Of a stretch of 64,000 nucleotides of DNA, positions 1 through 12,558 are shown in pieces; within the stretch, counting starts at the first letter, position 1, and every line of letters starts with the position of its first letter. Made by a program: the position numbers and the translations under genes. The notes beneath the pieces were generated by a model that had not been told where the DNA came from, did not search any database, and saw only the letters and a list, made by a program, of their open reading frames with translations. Origin of the DNA: the human T2T-CHM13v2.0 reference genome, Homo sapiens; the NCBI RefSeq assembly GCF_009914755.1, contig NC_060947.1, one strand, 5' to 3'.

Positions 1-459
1 TACCTTATAGAAGCCTGTCTTATCATGGACTAATACCGAGTTCACTGAACCTTTCTCCTAGGCCATGGTATGCAGGAGAGCGCTTGAGCTTCAGAATTAA
101 ACTTGTCTCTTGCTGTGCTACTTCCTGCTTTGGAGGAGAAGAGCCAAGTGAGCCAGAAGTTTCAGCAGTTTCTTCTGTACTTGATAATTAATATGGTATG
201 TGGGGAAAGAAGAAAGAACATGGTTTTTTTCTTCTAAAAAAGGGCTTCTTTCCCTGGGGCCTGTTGTTTCAACAAGTGCAGAACAAAGAACTGCAGGGAG
301 ACAGAGTTTTTGCCTCTTGGTAACCTACAAAGAAGCATCTTTAAAGGCAACAGATCGTAATTCTAATAGGACTGGAGAGGTAAGTGCACATTAAGCATGC
401 CAAGGATCCTGAAGTCTGCAAATGAGGAAAACTCTGTGAGGAACAAGCAGCCTAGAATT

Positions 460-705
460 AAGGGAAAGAGCATGGGCTTTGGAGGCAGAATATGTTGAAT
501 CACTCCATCACTTACTAGCTGTGTGACACTGAGCAAATTACTTAACCTCTCTTAACCTCAGCTTTCTTATCTACAAAATAGGGGATTACAATAGTACCTT
601 CCTCATAGGCTAGAAGAAAGGATTAAATTAGGTAATGTCTTTCTATAAAGCTTCTTAGATCAGTACCTGGCAAACAAACAGTAACCATCAGTGGTAGTTG
701 ATATT
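460..705 (+). mobile_element. MIR
   Basis: CACTTACTAGCTGTGTGAC...TTACTTAACCTCTC core. Confidence 0.85.
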
Positions 706-934
706 ATTATTTGAGAGGTCCCTATACTGCTTTGACATCCCATTCAAAATCCATATTAGCCTTCTTCAAAAGATGATTCCTGGACATTCAGCATCATAAT
801 GATCTAGGGGGGGCTTGTTAAAATGCAGATTCTGGATCTAAAGAATCATAATTGGGTTTGGGTTTGAAAATCAGGCATTCTAGTTGGAGGAGAGTGACAG
901 CAAACAATTTAAAAACTTGTGACTAAAAGACTAT

Positions 935-1480
935 TAATTCATTGATTCATTCACCTATTCAGTTTTTTTTTTTTGACAAACATGGAACTTATATCTAGAG
1001 GAAGACAAAAACTCTAAATAATTACAAGTTATTAAGTACTACAAATAAATGCCTGGGGCTGCAAAGATACATGGTGCTAAGGGATTACGTGTCTGAGGGA
1101 GGCTAGTATCTAAGGAGGTCTAATACAAGGGTAACTTTTACAGTAAGTCATATTCAAGTTGTGAACTGTTGGGTGAGGAAGCCAAGTGGAGAGGGTAGAG
1201 GTGGGAGTGGACAAAGAAACAGTTGATGAAACACTATTTCAGGAAGACGAAATAGTGTGTTCAAGGTCCAGAGGATAAAGAGAACATGGCAATGTTTGAA
1301 GATATCAGAATGGCTGCTGAGGATAGAGAGAGAGATAATGGCACGGGATGAAGTTGGAAGAGAAAGACAGGGCTACCAGATCATGAAGACCTAGAGTGCT
1401 ATGATGAAGAGTTTGGACTTTATCCTGAAGGAAGTGGGAAACCACTGAAGGGATATCTGGTCAGGAAAATGTCAAAATGC
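935..1480 (-). mobile_element. L2 fragment
   Basis: ATTCATTGATTCATTCA tail; GAGTTTGGACTTTATCCTGAAGG...GGGAAACCACTGAAGG. Confidence 0.7.
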
Positions 1481-2003
1481 AGATGACATACATAAAAAAA
1501 AACAGAACAAAACAACACAGTAAATAATAAGGGATATTAATGCATGACTCAGAACTATATGTACTATAGAGGCAAAGGTGAGCAGCTAGGGCTGGGGAGG
1601 GCATCCTTGGAGGCAGACATAAGCTGCATTTGATAACTGGGAGAGACTTTGGTTTGATGAGGTGGTTTATTTTGAATGCAAGAAAATATATGAGTGCAGT
1701 GGAAAGCTTGAAGTGAACTTGGCTTAAAATGAACCTTGGGAAGATAGAGCATGAGGGAAGAGTGCTTCCTTTTCCTTGGTGGAAATATCTGTTTTGCTGC
1801 TATTTTGATGTTGGAAGACTGTGCTGACAGAATTTCAGAAAATCACTTGGTGGGATGGGGAAATAGGTGAAAGAGCAGATGCCAGAGTCACAATCACAGG
1901 CCAACTGAGGGAAAGGACTAAAGGAAGAATGGAGCTAGTAATGCTTAAATCTTCTGTTTTACAAAAGATCAAAAAACCCCCAAACACTGCAGGTGTTCCT
2001 CAG

Positions 2004-2091
2004 TCCTGAAATATAAAGGTATTGCGGCTATTTTCACTATTATCTTTCCTGAAATATAAAGATATTCAGGCTATTTTCACTATTATCTTTC
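2004..2091. repeat. Tandem duplication, 43-bp unit x2
   Basis: TCCTGAAATATAAAG(G/A)TATT(GC/CA)GGCTATTTTCACTATTATCTT starting at 2004 and 2047. Confidence 0.9.
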
Positions 2092-2482
2092 TCATTTCAA
2101 AACGTGTACTTGGGCAAAACCTGAAAGCTCAATAAAGACATGCCCTATGTCTATGCTGTTCACTAATGGTAATTTGTTCATTGGTGGTAATTTGTTATAT
2201 GCTATAAATAGCATATAATATGTAAGTATAGAATTCTGAAACAGAATATATTTAAGCATTACTATAAACAGCATATAACAATAATTTGCTGAAGCATTTA
2301 GCATATTGCCTGGCAAATGGTATGGACTTAATGAACATGGTGCTACTAAGATTAGACCCAGATATTAGTGTAAATCCTATGTTTAGGGCATGTGAAAGCA
2401 TGAAGAGCCTAGATATCCTGTGAGTACATTTGGAATAGGGATTTAGGGATAGGATTTTTTGTCATCAACTTGACTCAACCTC

Positions 2483-3010
2483 TGTATTAGCTTCCTATTG
2501 CTGCTATAACAAATTATCACAAACCTGGGCTTAAAACCAGACAAAAGAAATTTATTTATTATCTTACTATTCTTTAGGTCACAAGTCTGAAATGGATGTC
2601 GCTGGGCTAAAGTCAAGCTATTGGCAGAATGGCATTTCTTTTTGGAGGCCCTAGGGGGAAATCCATTCCTTTGTATTTTCTAGCTTCTAGGGCCTGCCTG
2701 TATCCCTTGACTTGTGGCCTCTTCCTCCATTTTCAAAGCCAGCACCATCAGGGTAAGTCTTTGTCACCTAACACCATTCTGACACACTGTCTTCAGCTTA
2801 CCTCCTCCACTTATAAGCACCCTTGTGATTACATTGGGACCATCCAGATGATCCAGGATAATCTCCTCAACTCAAGTTTATCTGATTAGCAACCTTAATT
2901 CCATCTGCAACCTTAATTGCCCCCTGCCAATAACATGATATATCTCCAGGTTCTGGGGATTAGGAATGTGGACATCTTTGAGAAGGGGAAGCATTATTCT
3001 GCCTACCACA
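2483..3010 (-). mobile_element. MLT1C/D (MaLR) solo LTR
   Basis: TG...CA termini; ends CATTATTCTGCCTACCACA; 5-bp TSD ACCTC/AGCTC. Confidence 0.85.
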
Positions 3011-3889
3011 AGCTCCAATCCATAAATCGGTAAATACATTCTACTGGACTGTGTTCCCTTCTTGTAAGCCCACAGCACGTAAAGTACTTAACATAGAACA
3101 TTGACTATACAGTAGAAGCTTTCTTGAATAGCCCTTAGAGTAAGTGATAATTTGTTAAAGTGAGGAATCATATAAAACAATACAGACACACATGTACATA
3201 CATACACACATGTATATACATACATAAAACATTTTATTTCAACCTAAAACACACAAAGTACATTCATTCACCACTCTGGTGATGTGTTGTAAGGCCAAGG
3301 CCTTTTCTTTGAGCGTGAGGCCACACCCTGGGATTTCACAGACTCTTTTTCACATAAGTTACATTCCTAATGCATCACATTTGATTTCCACTTTCAGTTT
3401 TGTTTTATTTTTAACAATATGGCAGTTTTCAAAAGCAACTTTTCTTTAGTAAGTCTTTCCAAAGCATTGAACTTAGTTTTCATGAAAATAATAGTTTTCT
3501 TTTTATACTCATATTTCACAAATTTACATTAAATTACCTACTTGTAATAACGAGTACAACTGCCATAAATGGGCTTGGCAAAAACACAGCTAACTTTTGG
3601 TAAGTGATCAACTTGTTGTGTGGAAGCAGAAATATAAGTGTTCACCAGAAGTAACTTACCTGCCCATGAGCTTCCATTGTGCCCTGAGCATTGGCCAGTG
3701 TATATTCCAATAGGAAGGAAAAACATCGACTTACTCCATAAAGGAAGTTAAGCAGAGGCCAGGGAGGAGGGTTTTTACTGTATTTAAAATGGTTCATTTA
3801 AAAAGGAACAATCAATAGATGCCATAGTCTGAATTTACTATTGTAATCAATTCTTTCTTGAAATTGCCCCCAAATGTGCATCAGCTAAT

Positions 3890-4125
3890 ATTAATAATGA
3901 CTAATATTTATTTACTGCTATGTGTTCAGCACTGTGCCAAGCACTTTATAAACACTGTTTTATTAATCCTCACAACAACCATATGAGGGAGGATGTATTA
4001 TGCCCATTTTGTATATGAGACAGCTAAGACTTAGAGTTTAGAAATTTGCCAAATGGCACATATCAATAGAGATTCAGGCCCAGGTACTCTAGAGCCCACA
4101 ACTGTGCCAATACTATGTTGCCAAC
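3890..4125 (-). mobile_element. MIR
   Basis: TAATCCTCACAACAACCATATGAGG...CCCATTTT. Confidence 0.75.
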
Positions 4126-4649
4126 CATCAGGCAAAACAGTCATGAGTCATAGCACGTGGTGTCACACTGCCAGCTGCCTCCTTGCTTCCTCTCCACAAT
4201 CCAATGATAGATTGTTCCAAAGCAGGGGCAAGAATATCCATGGCAGTGCCCTTAGTCAGACTTCTTTGCTTCCTCATCTCCTCTGACATGGTAGTTGTAC
4301 GGCTCTTTCTCCCGAGCAATGAGCCAGCATGACATTTGAGGGCCAAACGCAGACATTGTTTGAATTTATTGAGGTTCTTTATCAGCAGCAGCTATTTTTT
4401 CTCCAGCAGCAACTTTTTTTACAATCTTATCCCTATTTATTTTCCCTCTGGATTTAGCTGTCATCTCTGAAGGCTTAAGGGCAATGATCATTCTTTCTTG
4501 GTTCTACCATCATAGAGGCCACTTGCTTATCTTCTGCCTCCAGAAATCACTGCAAGTAATCTGTCTTCCAGTCTTCCATAGAAGTATGGGGAAAGAGAAC
4601 ATCAGAACTCAGCCTCCTTGCTGTGGCTGAGCCACATTACCCCTTAGAA

Positions 4650-4724
4650 TCAAAAGAGATTAGGCAGAACCTCACTGAAATGGTAGAGCCGGCCAGCCAT
4701 ATCATTCAGTAGCTGCAAGTTGTG
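4650..4724 (-). CDS. COL4A6: Candidate alternative terminal exon of COL4A6 (HNLQLLNDMAGRLYHFSEVLPNLF*)
   Basis: Strong acceptor ttttttttttgtctgcag|CAC; phase 0 fits exon 3; TGA at 4650-4652; minus-strand AATAAA at 4436-4441 and 4365-4370. Use in transcripts cannot be shown from sequence alone. Confidence 0.5.
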   Translation of the reverse strand, partial: HNLQLLNDMAGRLYHFSEVLPNLF

Positions 4725-5765
4725 CTGCAGACAAAAAAAAAATAATAGATCAGGAAAGCAAACTGTGCCAATGAAAAGGAAGGGACTTTCGGAGCCTGCA
4801 CTCATGAGGACATTTGTCTAGAAGGTTCGTGAGAGCAAAGCACACTGTCAGTGCAGATCAGCTGGAAACCTAGAGGAGGTAAATTTAAGATCCAATGATA
4901 TTTTCTACCTGTAGGATGCTGGAGGCCAGATTTAAGAGTGCAAATGTACTGAAAACCAGAGGCATAGAGTTGCCATGGAGACTCACACCTGAAAAAATCT
5001 CACAGATAATGACTTGAGATCTCAGAGATACTAGCTCAAATCTTTTCAAGCTAGATTTGAGCAACTCGGTCTAAAATTTGACTCAGACCAGACTGGGCAG
5101 GATGGGGCAGATTCACAATTCAAGGGCCATTGAAGGAACTCTACAAAGGCAGTCAGGGAAGGGCTAACAGAAAACTAGCTCAGACCTATTAACATTTAAG
5201 TGAAGCTCAGTGTCAGTAATAAGCATGTTGACACATTTCAGATGATTACAATACTCCCATTCTTCAAAGAACTATAGTATTTTGGTGTTTGAGGCCATTC
5301 TGGTTCAATTATCATGTGACGTTTGGATTTTCTTTTAAAAATCAATTTTTATTAAAAATAGAGAGACTGGTATGTATGTTTCAGGGGTGGAAGAATTTGT
5401 GTTTTAGTAGGGGAACTTTAACCAACCCCTACCTCAAACAGGTTCAAATGGAAGAGTAGGTGACAACTATGAAGGAGGCAAATGGGCCAAAACCCAGGGA
5501 CATAAGATAAAAAGAAAAAAGGAGCAGGCCACAAGGAGTCATCCTTGGAGTTGTCCTTTGGAGCCATGGGCCTTTAACTAGTTCATACAGCCTCTTATGG
5601 AATCTTGGAATTCAGTGTGGCAAAAAGCAGAGAAGTCTTGAGAGTAGGGTTTGCATTCCAGCACTGTCCAAATTTTCTGTGTTACCTTGAACAAATAATT
5701 TCAGCTTTCTGAGTCTCAGGTTTCTCATCTGTAAAATGGAAACTGTCATACCTGCCCCTTCTAAG

Positions 5766-6220
5766 TGTGGCAAATTGCATTACTGCCCCCAATTCTTTGC
5801 CCCCTACTCTATCCATGTCATTTGGCTCATTCCTTCCATAAAAGAGGTGGAGTATATTTCCCATTCATTGACTCTGGGTTCAATCATGTAACTTGCTTTA
5901 GCAGATAGGATGATATGGAAGAAAACAGTGAGCCAGTTACAAGCTTATGCTTTAAGAGGCATTCTATGTTTTTGTTTGCTCTTGCATGTCAGCTGTAACC
6001 ATGAAAAGAATCTGCCCAGGCAAGCCCACTGGTCCTAGGAAGAGAAGGAGGAACACATGCAGCAGAGCCACTCCCAGCCTAGATCAGGTAACCTGGACTA
6101 ATGACTGAGCCCAGTCCAGACTGACTGATGCCCAGCAAACCCGCAGACTGGTGAGAAGTAATTGTCTGAAGCCACTGGGTTTTGGAGTGGGTTGTTACAT
6201 GGTGACAGCTAATTGATACA
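5766..6220 (+). mobile_element. MLT1 (G/H-like) LTR inserted into a MIR
   Basis: TGTGGCAAATTG...AAGCCACTGGGTTTTGGAGTGGGTTGTTAC...GATACA; MIR sequence resumes on both sides. Confidence 0.75.
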
Positions 6221-8342
6221 TTAACTCATAGAGGTGGTATGAATCTTAAATGTGTTAAAGAATGAGTCCTTTTTCAAATTTTCAAACCTTTTTTCAAAGG
6301 TTTACACAAAAAACTGTACAAATTATTGTTCTAAGAGTGGGTAAGTAACTTAAAGGCCTGGAATGCTAAAGTAAAGTAGAATTAGGTCATATTTGGTTCC
6401 TGTAGGTTTTAATTGAAAGAGTTCCCTTTCAATTAAAATTAGGGGCACTAAGTCCCGAGGATCCATCCCAATGACCTCATCTCAAAGCTATGGTTGCCCA
6501 TGAGTTCCTGTTCAGGCACTTGAGAAAAGGCAACGCGGCTTAGAGCAAAAGGAGATAGTAAGGATGGTTTAATGAGAAGACTTTCAGACCTCTTCAGACG
6601 ATGGAGCAGGATGCCAACAGCTCTTTACTCTGTTTATTCAAATACTTGTTCTATTCATTAAATCAGCCATAAAATTTGTCAGCGTTGGTGAAGTCTTGTG
6701 GGCTGTGGCCGGCAAGTTTGCTGGGCAATAATTCTGCCAGCTCTCTTCCAAGCAACTGTTTCTGAGAGCTCCAAAAGCTAAACACAGGAAAACCACACCA
6801 GCCACAAGCTTCATTAACCAATAAACTCTTGATGGAAAGCAGGATCTCACACCATTGTTTGTGGTACAAGACTCCCCCAAGGGAGAGGGACAGTGGTACT
6901 TAAAAATCCCATTGGGCTGACTAAAGATGATCCTATGCTTCACAATTTACTTCAAAATTTGTGTCAGGCCAGTATTTCCACTGATAAAATAAATATCAGA
7001 AAGGATACTTAGAAAATCTTGGCAAGAAAAGTATAAGTAAATATGAGTGCAGGCAGGGGTATTTTAAGAAATAATATTAAATGGATTCAGTCAGATGAAG
7101 AGTAAATAATTTACAGTCCTAAGGATTCAGAGCAGACTCAGCCATAAAAGGGAGGGAGGAACAACCATCTGCTGCTCCAGGTATGAGTGACCAGCTTACA
7201 TGTCACATGCCAAGGCCTGAACCCCAGCCAAAAACACAAATCATAACCAGATATGGACCTAGAAAGTTCTACCTTGGGGGTCTATAAAGGGAAAAAAATC
7301 ATACTCTATTGGCGGTTGTGATTGTTCTCACTTCATGCAATAGTCCAAAGGAAGTTCTCTCTTTTACAGTGAGGGAGAAAGAAGCAAACTACTTTTAACT
7401 ACTATATTTACACCATGTTTCTCTTGTGAAATCCATTCCTCATCCAGCTACCCTGGGCAAGAGAGAGTCTACAGTGGATGTATTTCCTGTATTATCCAGC
7501 TGCCTTCGGGTATACACAATAACATCTGAAAGCTAATTAACCAGTTTACCCTTCCTCTAACCAAAATGCCAAAATCAAATTCCTTATTACCTTTGTACCA
7601 AGCCCAAGTGCAACCCCTGTCATCTTTCACTCCCATATCCAATAGGTCTTTCACATTTGCTTTTTTTTCAGGTCCATCTCCAGATCTGTCCTGCCCCTCT
7701 CTGTTTCCATTGCTCTGCCCTAGTCTAGGCTCTGTTCCCTCATGATTTGCTTACTGTAACAGCCTATAAACTTCCTGGCCTCTAGGTTTTCTCTAACTTT
7801 TCTTTATATTGCACTCAGGTCATCTTGCTGAGCTACTGTTTAGAAAAATCAGTTCGTTCTCATTCTTTTAAAGGAATATGAATGACTCTTGGTTTCCTAT
7901 GGCATCAAAGCCTCTGTGTAGCAGCCTTATTACTCGAACTTCACTCACTGTGTCAACCCACTTCAGGCTGGTACCTAGAACACTGATTCTCACTTTTGAG
8001 ACTTTACTCAAACCACTTCCTTTGCCTAAAATGTTCCTTGAGACCTCCTCAACAATCCTGTCACTCCATGTATGCATAGCCAGCCTCAAATTTCTATCTC
8101 CCCATGAAAATTCTCTTCATAATAAAAATGAGATGAGTGGAAATTTAATTAAAACCAAGCAATCAACCAACAAAACAAACAACAACAACAACAAAAGCGA
8201 GATAAGCAGTAGGATTCCCAGTCTTCTTACTGTTTGGTTATCAGTGGCTTCTCCAGAAATGCTTTTTTTTTTTAACCCATCTTTCATTTTTTATTTCAGT
8301 AGGACAACTTTAATTCGAGATAGCACTCTCTACTTCTATCTG

Positions 8343-9322
8343 CCAATGGTTATCAACCTCGGCTTTGCATTAGAGTCATCTGGGGAGATTTAAAATACCA
8401 GATTCCCAGGTTGTATCTCAGATTAATTAAAGTAAAATATCTATGAGTAGTGAGTTCTAGGTGTCTGTATTTTATTTTATATATATTTTTTACTTTCTTT
8501 TTTATTTATTTTTATTATTATTATACTTTAAGTTCTAGGGTACATGTGCACAACTTGCAGGTTTGTTACATATGTATACATGTGCCATGTTGGTGTGCTG
8601 CACCCACTAACTCGTCATTTACATTAGGTATATCTCCTAATGCTATCCCTCCCCGCTCCCTCCACCCCACGACAGGCCCCGGTGTGTGACGTTCCCCATC
8701 CTGTGTCCAAGTGTTCTCAACCCCATCTAAAAGTGGGCGAAGGATATGAACAGACACTTCTCAAAAGAAGACATTTATGCAGCCAACAGACACACGAAAA
8801 AATGCTCATCATCACTGGCCATCAGAGAAATGCAAATCAAAACCACAATGAGATACTATCTCACACCAGTTAGAATGGTGATCATTAAAAAGTCAGGAAA
8901 CAACAGGTGCTGGAGAGGATGTGGAGAAATAGGAACACTTTTACACTGTTGGTGGGACTGTAAACTAGTTCAACCATTGTGGAAGACAGTGTGGCGATTC
9001 CTCAAGGATCTAGAACTAGAAATACCATTTGACCCAGCCATCCCATTACTGGGTATATACCCAAAGGATTATAAATCATGCTACTATAAAGACACATGCA
9101 CACGTATGTTTATTGCAGCACTACTCACAATAGCAAAGACTTGGAACCAACCCAAATGTCCATCAATGATAGACTGGATTAAGAAAATATGGTACATATA
9201 CACCATGGAATACTATGCAGCCATAAAAAGGGATGAGTTCATGTCCTTTGTAGGGACATGGATGAAGCTGGTATCTGTATTTTAAAAGTGTTTCTAGGTG
9301 ATTCCAAGGCTGAGTACCATGG
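8343..9322. mobile_element. MER5-type hAT-Charlie element split by the L1
   Basis: CAATGGTTATCAACCTCGGC...TTAGAGTCATCTGGGGAG on the left; TCTAGGTGATTCCAAGGCTGAGTACCATGG on the right. Confidence 0.65.
8475..9269 (-). mobile_element. 5'-truncated, 5'-inverted (twin-primed) L1PA5/6-like element inserted in a MER5
   Basis: T-rich tail and 3'UTR on the minus strand to ~8719, then a plus-strand ORF2 C-terminal piece to ~9271; TSD GGT(G/A)TCTGTATTTT at 8460-8473 and 9270-9283; TTTT/AA site. Confidence 0.92.
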
Positions 9323-9520
9323 ATCCAGATGATCTCTATAATCTCCTGCCATGTTTTCTCACGTGTCCCACATTTTACTGCTGTTTCAAATCTCAGCTTC
9401 AATTGTTCCATTCCTTTACTCAAAATCTTTCAATGGCATGGAGATATACATGCTAATATTAAGTGGGAACACATAGGTTAGAGAAAGATAGAGTATGTTT
9501 ATATATAATTTTTTTTCATG

Positions 9521-10595
9521 TGTACTAGTTTTCTATGGCTGTGTAACAGATTTCCATGAACTTAGCAGCTTAAAACAACACAAATTTATTGTCACAGTTT
9601 CCATGAACAGGAAGTGTGAACATGTTTTAGCTGGGCCCTCTGCTTAGGAACTCTCACTGTCCTGAAATGTAGGTTTTATTATTAATTAGGTATGATGAGG
9701 TCTACAGAGCAAGAGATAAGTGCCACTGAAAAGCTGTTTTGTTGCTCACAGTTAAGAGGAGGGAGCTTGCCATGCTACATGGGGCTACATGGGGAAGCAC
9801 CAGGGTCAGTCAGGAAGCAGAAGAAGTGAGGAGAAAGCATGGCCCAGAGCCTTTATTGTGGTTTCCATGGGAAAGGCAAGGCAGGATAAGCATGTTTTGG
9901 ATTGGCTAGCTTGAATGATTTCAGTGGGTCTTGGGTATAAGGATGGTCTCTAGTTTCCTGGTTACTGGCTCTGCGATGATCAGGGCAGAAGAATATTGCC
10001 TTCTGGTATGTAAGAACCAGACGCAGGAGGTGGTTCAGAGTGTGGGCTCTGGGTTAGTTGGCTTACATATGAAATACATGGTCTTAGGCAAGTTATTTGC
10101 TGTCTCTAAGATACAGCTAGCCGTGGAGAATCTCTTCCCATTCAGTGAAGCTCCAGAGGCCAGAGCATCAGGAATACAGAAAATAAGAAAATATAGTTAA
10201 TACACTCAACTGGCTAAAATTGTAGTATCAGCCAGGACTGTGACCCAAGCTCATTGGTTGTTTGAAAAATTAAGTTCCATGTGGTTTTAGGACCAGGGTC
10301 CTTGTTTTCTTGTTGGCTGCCTGTTGGGAGTGAGTCTTAGTTCCTAGAAGCTACTCTCAGGTCCCAGCCACATGGCCCTCTCACAGCATGAAGATTTTTC
10401 TTCAAAGCCAGCTGGACATTTTTCTATAATATAATCATGGGAATGACTATTCTAGCACCTTTGCCATGTAACATAACTTAATCAGGAGAGCAATATCCCA
10501 TCATATTCACAGGTCCCACCCACACTCAAGAGGAGGGAATTATACAGGTCATATAGGCGGGGGTGGGAGTCTTAGAATCTTGTCTTCCATAGCAC
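9521..10595 (-). mobile_element. MLT1 (E/F-like) LTR split by a nested LTR
   Basis: AACTTAGCAGCTTAAAACAACAC start; CCCACCCACACTCAAGAGGAGGGAATTATACAGG end. Confidence 0.65.
9668..10204 (-). mobile_element. ERVL-class solo LTR (MER54/MER74-like)
   Basis: TG...CA ends; GGGGAAGCACCAGGGTCAGTCAGG and GAGCCTTTATTGTGGTTTCC motifs. Confidence 0.55.
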
Positions 10596-12558
10596 AGAAT
10601 TATTTTATATTAATATATTTTAATAAGAAAGAAATCTAGGGGTATATACATTAGGATGTTAACACTAATCATCCCTGCTTTCAAGTGGTATTCTATTTTG
10701 AAATTTTATAGTTTTTATTCTATAAAGCACTTGTATTACTTGGGAGGAAAGGAAGAAAAATGGAAATGAAGGAAGGGAAGAAAAGGTAAATAAGGAAGAA
10801 AGGAAGAACCTTCTATTGCTTCCAAAACTAAGCATAGTTCATTCTATCAAAACAGTTTCTCCATAAGATACTTTCAACTATGTTCAAGGAATTATCTACC
10901 AATACCTCCTTCAAGCAATCCTATATTCAAGACAAGCCAAGTACCCTGGCCCATATTTATCCTGTGTTTTCCTATCTGTATGGCACACTCAAATTACTCC
11001 ACTGCTTCGTTTCTGTTAAAATCCTATGCATCCCACAAAGCCCATTGCTCTATCCTGTATGAGTTAATTCTTGATTCCACCAGCCATGAGGTGTTTCCTC
11101 TTGCTTTTGAAATCCCTGAGCAATAGAGTATAGAGGTTAAGCTCCCAAATTCTAGAGTCATATTACCTAGTTTCTATTCTTGGCTCTTGCCACATTCTAA
11201 CTGGGCAATTGGGGTAAACTGCTTAACCTTTAATAAATCAGGATCACTGCTCAAAGGAGATAAAGCAATTGAAAGAAGAGGGGATGCAATGTATAATCTA
11301 AGGGGGAATTAGCAGAGTACAAACACTGGAATTGAAGTCTCCAAGGCCGAAACCCAAATGAAAGCACATATGCCTTCAGGAGGAAATCAATCGTGTGGGA
11401 CTGAGATTGGCATACGGGTGCACATGAGTAGAGCTTTGAAGTTCAAGCCCAAAATGTAACCTTTGCCTTGGAAAATTCCCCAGCCAAAGTCACAGACACT
11501 AAACAGGAAGCACATACTCTATGAAAGCAGGCAATGCCATCCATGATGTCTTCCAGGCCATTTCTCTAAAACAGAAGGTTCCTCCTGTTTAGATCTCTTT
11601 GTAGCAATGTATACAAATGTTAGTTCCAAGTGAGGAAATTTCATTCGTGATTTCTCAAGAATGGAATTTATCCAAGAAAAACAACCATCCCTTATGACAA
11701 TTGTCTCCCTCATTTATGCCAGTCAGATTATGAGAGGCAAAGCAAAGAATTGTATTTTCCAGACCTATGTCTTAAACAAGCCCTAATACCACATCTTCTT
11801 TTTAGCACTTTGTTCTGGCAGAGTAGGGCACAGACCTTGCCAAAGCATGCCAAGCTCTCTGGCAAGTTAAGGCTGTTCCTTGATCCCACCAACTGACATG
11901 AAATTGACATTTAGCTGGTAAACCAGGTAAACTTTGGACCTGGATTCTGATTCACAGATTCTCATTGTCTTTGCTTATAGAATAATTGGGAGCCACAAAG
12001 CTAGAAGATAGGCACTTTATGTTCCAAAGAAATAGTTATAGTATTAAGTTCTACCATTTATTTAGCACCTACTATGTCCCAGATACTTTGCATTTGTGAT
12101 CTAGATTAATCCTCACAACAACTCTACCAGCTAGGTACTCTTATCCCCTGTGAAAGATGAGGACATTTGAGGGCAGCAAAATGGAAGGCTAAACTACATC
12201 CCTTACTGATCTCTCCTTTTTTTGACCTCCTAGAGTAATGCAGACCTGAGCACCTGGCTCAGGATAACCAAAGGCAACTTCTTCCTGCTCCTAAGGCAGG
12301 TGGCTCTTCCTAAGGCAGCAGGCCACTCTGCCATTTTAAAGGTGTTTGCTGCTTGGCTGCTAGGTGGCATGGGGAAGTGGATCACTAGAATCAGGATACT
12401 GAGGATTTCAACCTTTAATTGGCTATGTACCTCAAACATTCCCTTACTTTCTGGGGCTCTGTTTCTTCATCTGTATCATGAGAAAGCTGGACTAGATTAA
12501 TAACATGGAAATTTTCGAAAGCAATGGAACCTTTGTCCAAACAAAATCTTAGAGAATT

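Noticed and set aside
7878-8393. 171-aa plus-strand ORF
   Set aside because: Crosses degenerate repeat, (AAC)n and MER5 sequence; no recognisable domain; consistent with chance.
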